From contig CAVNZM010000102.1 of assembly GCA_963693365.1 (NCBI GenBank), forward strand, positions 1 through 8,225: a DNA stretch of 8,225 nucleotides. Reading direction: 5' to 3'. The notes under the pieces were generated by a model. That model was given only the letters and a program-made list of their open reading frames with translations, ran no database searches and was not told where the DNA came from. The stretch comes from Amoebidium appalachense. Its lineage: Eukaryota; Protista; Ichthyosporea. The translations under genes and the position numbers were made by a program. Within the stretch, counting starts at the first letter, position 1; the number at the start of each line of letters is the position of its first letter. This document shows, in pieces, positions 7,731 through 8,225 of this stretch.

Positions 7731-7845
7731 GGGGGGGGGGGGGGGGGGGGGGGGGAGCGGGGGGATGAGGGGAGGGAAAGGGGGGGGGGAAGGGTAGCGG
7801 ATGGGGAGAGGAAAGGGGGACTGGGGGGGAGGAGGGAGAGAGAAT
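7731..7845. repeat. G25 plus G/A-rich polypurine tract
   Basis: G run 7731-7755 followed by many G runs and GA repeats. Confidence 0.9.
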
Positions 7846-8033
7846 GCAGGATTTGGTCAGACTCAGAGAATGATGCTGTGTGAGAGAGAGGGAAGGAGGG
7901 AAAGAGAGAAGCGGCTTGCTGGTGCTTTCATTTCACATGCACAGCAATGCTACTACGGTACAGGCACTTTACATGAGAAATTCCATTTTTTCAATTGTTG
8001 AGGTGGCATCCCCAAGAGGGGGGGTGATGTGAA

Positions 8034-8081
8034 GGGGGGGGGGGGGGGGGGGGGGGGAGAAAGAGAGGGGGAGAGAGAGAG
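8034..8081. repeat. G24 plus (GA)n
   Basis: G run 8034-8057, then GA repeats. Confidence 0.9.
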
Positions 8082-8166
8082 ATTAGACTAAGATTGAATA
8101 GGTAGAGTAATGCTTTTTTCGCTGGGCTATTTTATCATCTCTGTTCTCTTTCTCTAAGTCTGCTAG

Positions 8167-8225
8167 TCAATTATATTCTGCATCGTGAAAGTGCCGTTGA
8201 TCACACTAGCAGGAAACGGCTACCA
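8167..8225 (+). CDS. Candidate exon 4 of the WSC gene (5' part; runs off the window)
   Basis: Long pyrimidine tract at about 8130-8155, then TAG| at 8166. Phase-1 reading G|TC gives VNYILHRESAVDHTSRKRLP, open to the window end. No domain recognised. Confidence 0.35.

Noticed and set aside
8156-8166. AAG acceptor at 8158 for exon 4
   Set aside because: Phase-1 reading hits TAG after two codons; the TAG at 8166 gives the open frame
1-8225. CRISPR array, rRNA, tRNA or prokaryotic operon
   Set aside because: No regularly spaced repeat-spacer units or recognisable structural RNA; the architecture is spliceosomal eukaryotic

Overview
Eukaryotic, intron-rich genomic DNA with abundant microsatellites and G/C homopolymers and no obvious CpG depletion. 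The main gene is largely missed by the ORF track. It is a + strand gene for a secreted or cell-surface tandem-WSC-domain protein, with a signal-peptide exon (5307-5427), WSC exon 1 (5903-6212), WSC exon 2 (6773-7060) and possibly a further exon starting at 8167, all joined by phase-1 GT-AG introns. WSC exon 1 carries a +1 frameshift in G-runs at 6085-6100, which is either an assembly error or a null allele. Upstream, on the - strand, is a decayed 5'-truncated non-LTR retrotransposon (about 1819-3118; RT C-terminal motifs plus a Cys-rich tail). Fused head-to-tail to it is a second 3'-end fragment of about 200 bp from a diverged relative (3119-3320). The shared coding bases differ only at synonymous sites, and the two copies share a near-invariant 58-bp 3'UTR core. 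A 70-bp hairpin with twin TGACGTCA sites (118-187) may be a micro-MITE. Most ORFs in the track are repeat-derived or shadow frames. I see no convincing evidence of a wholly new biological system.
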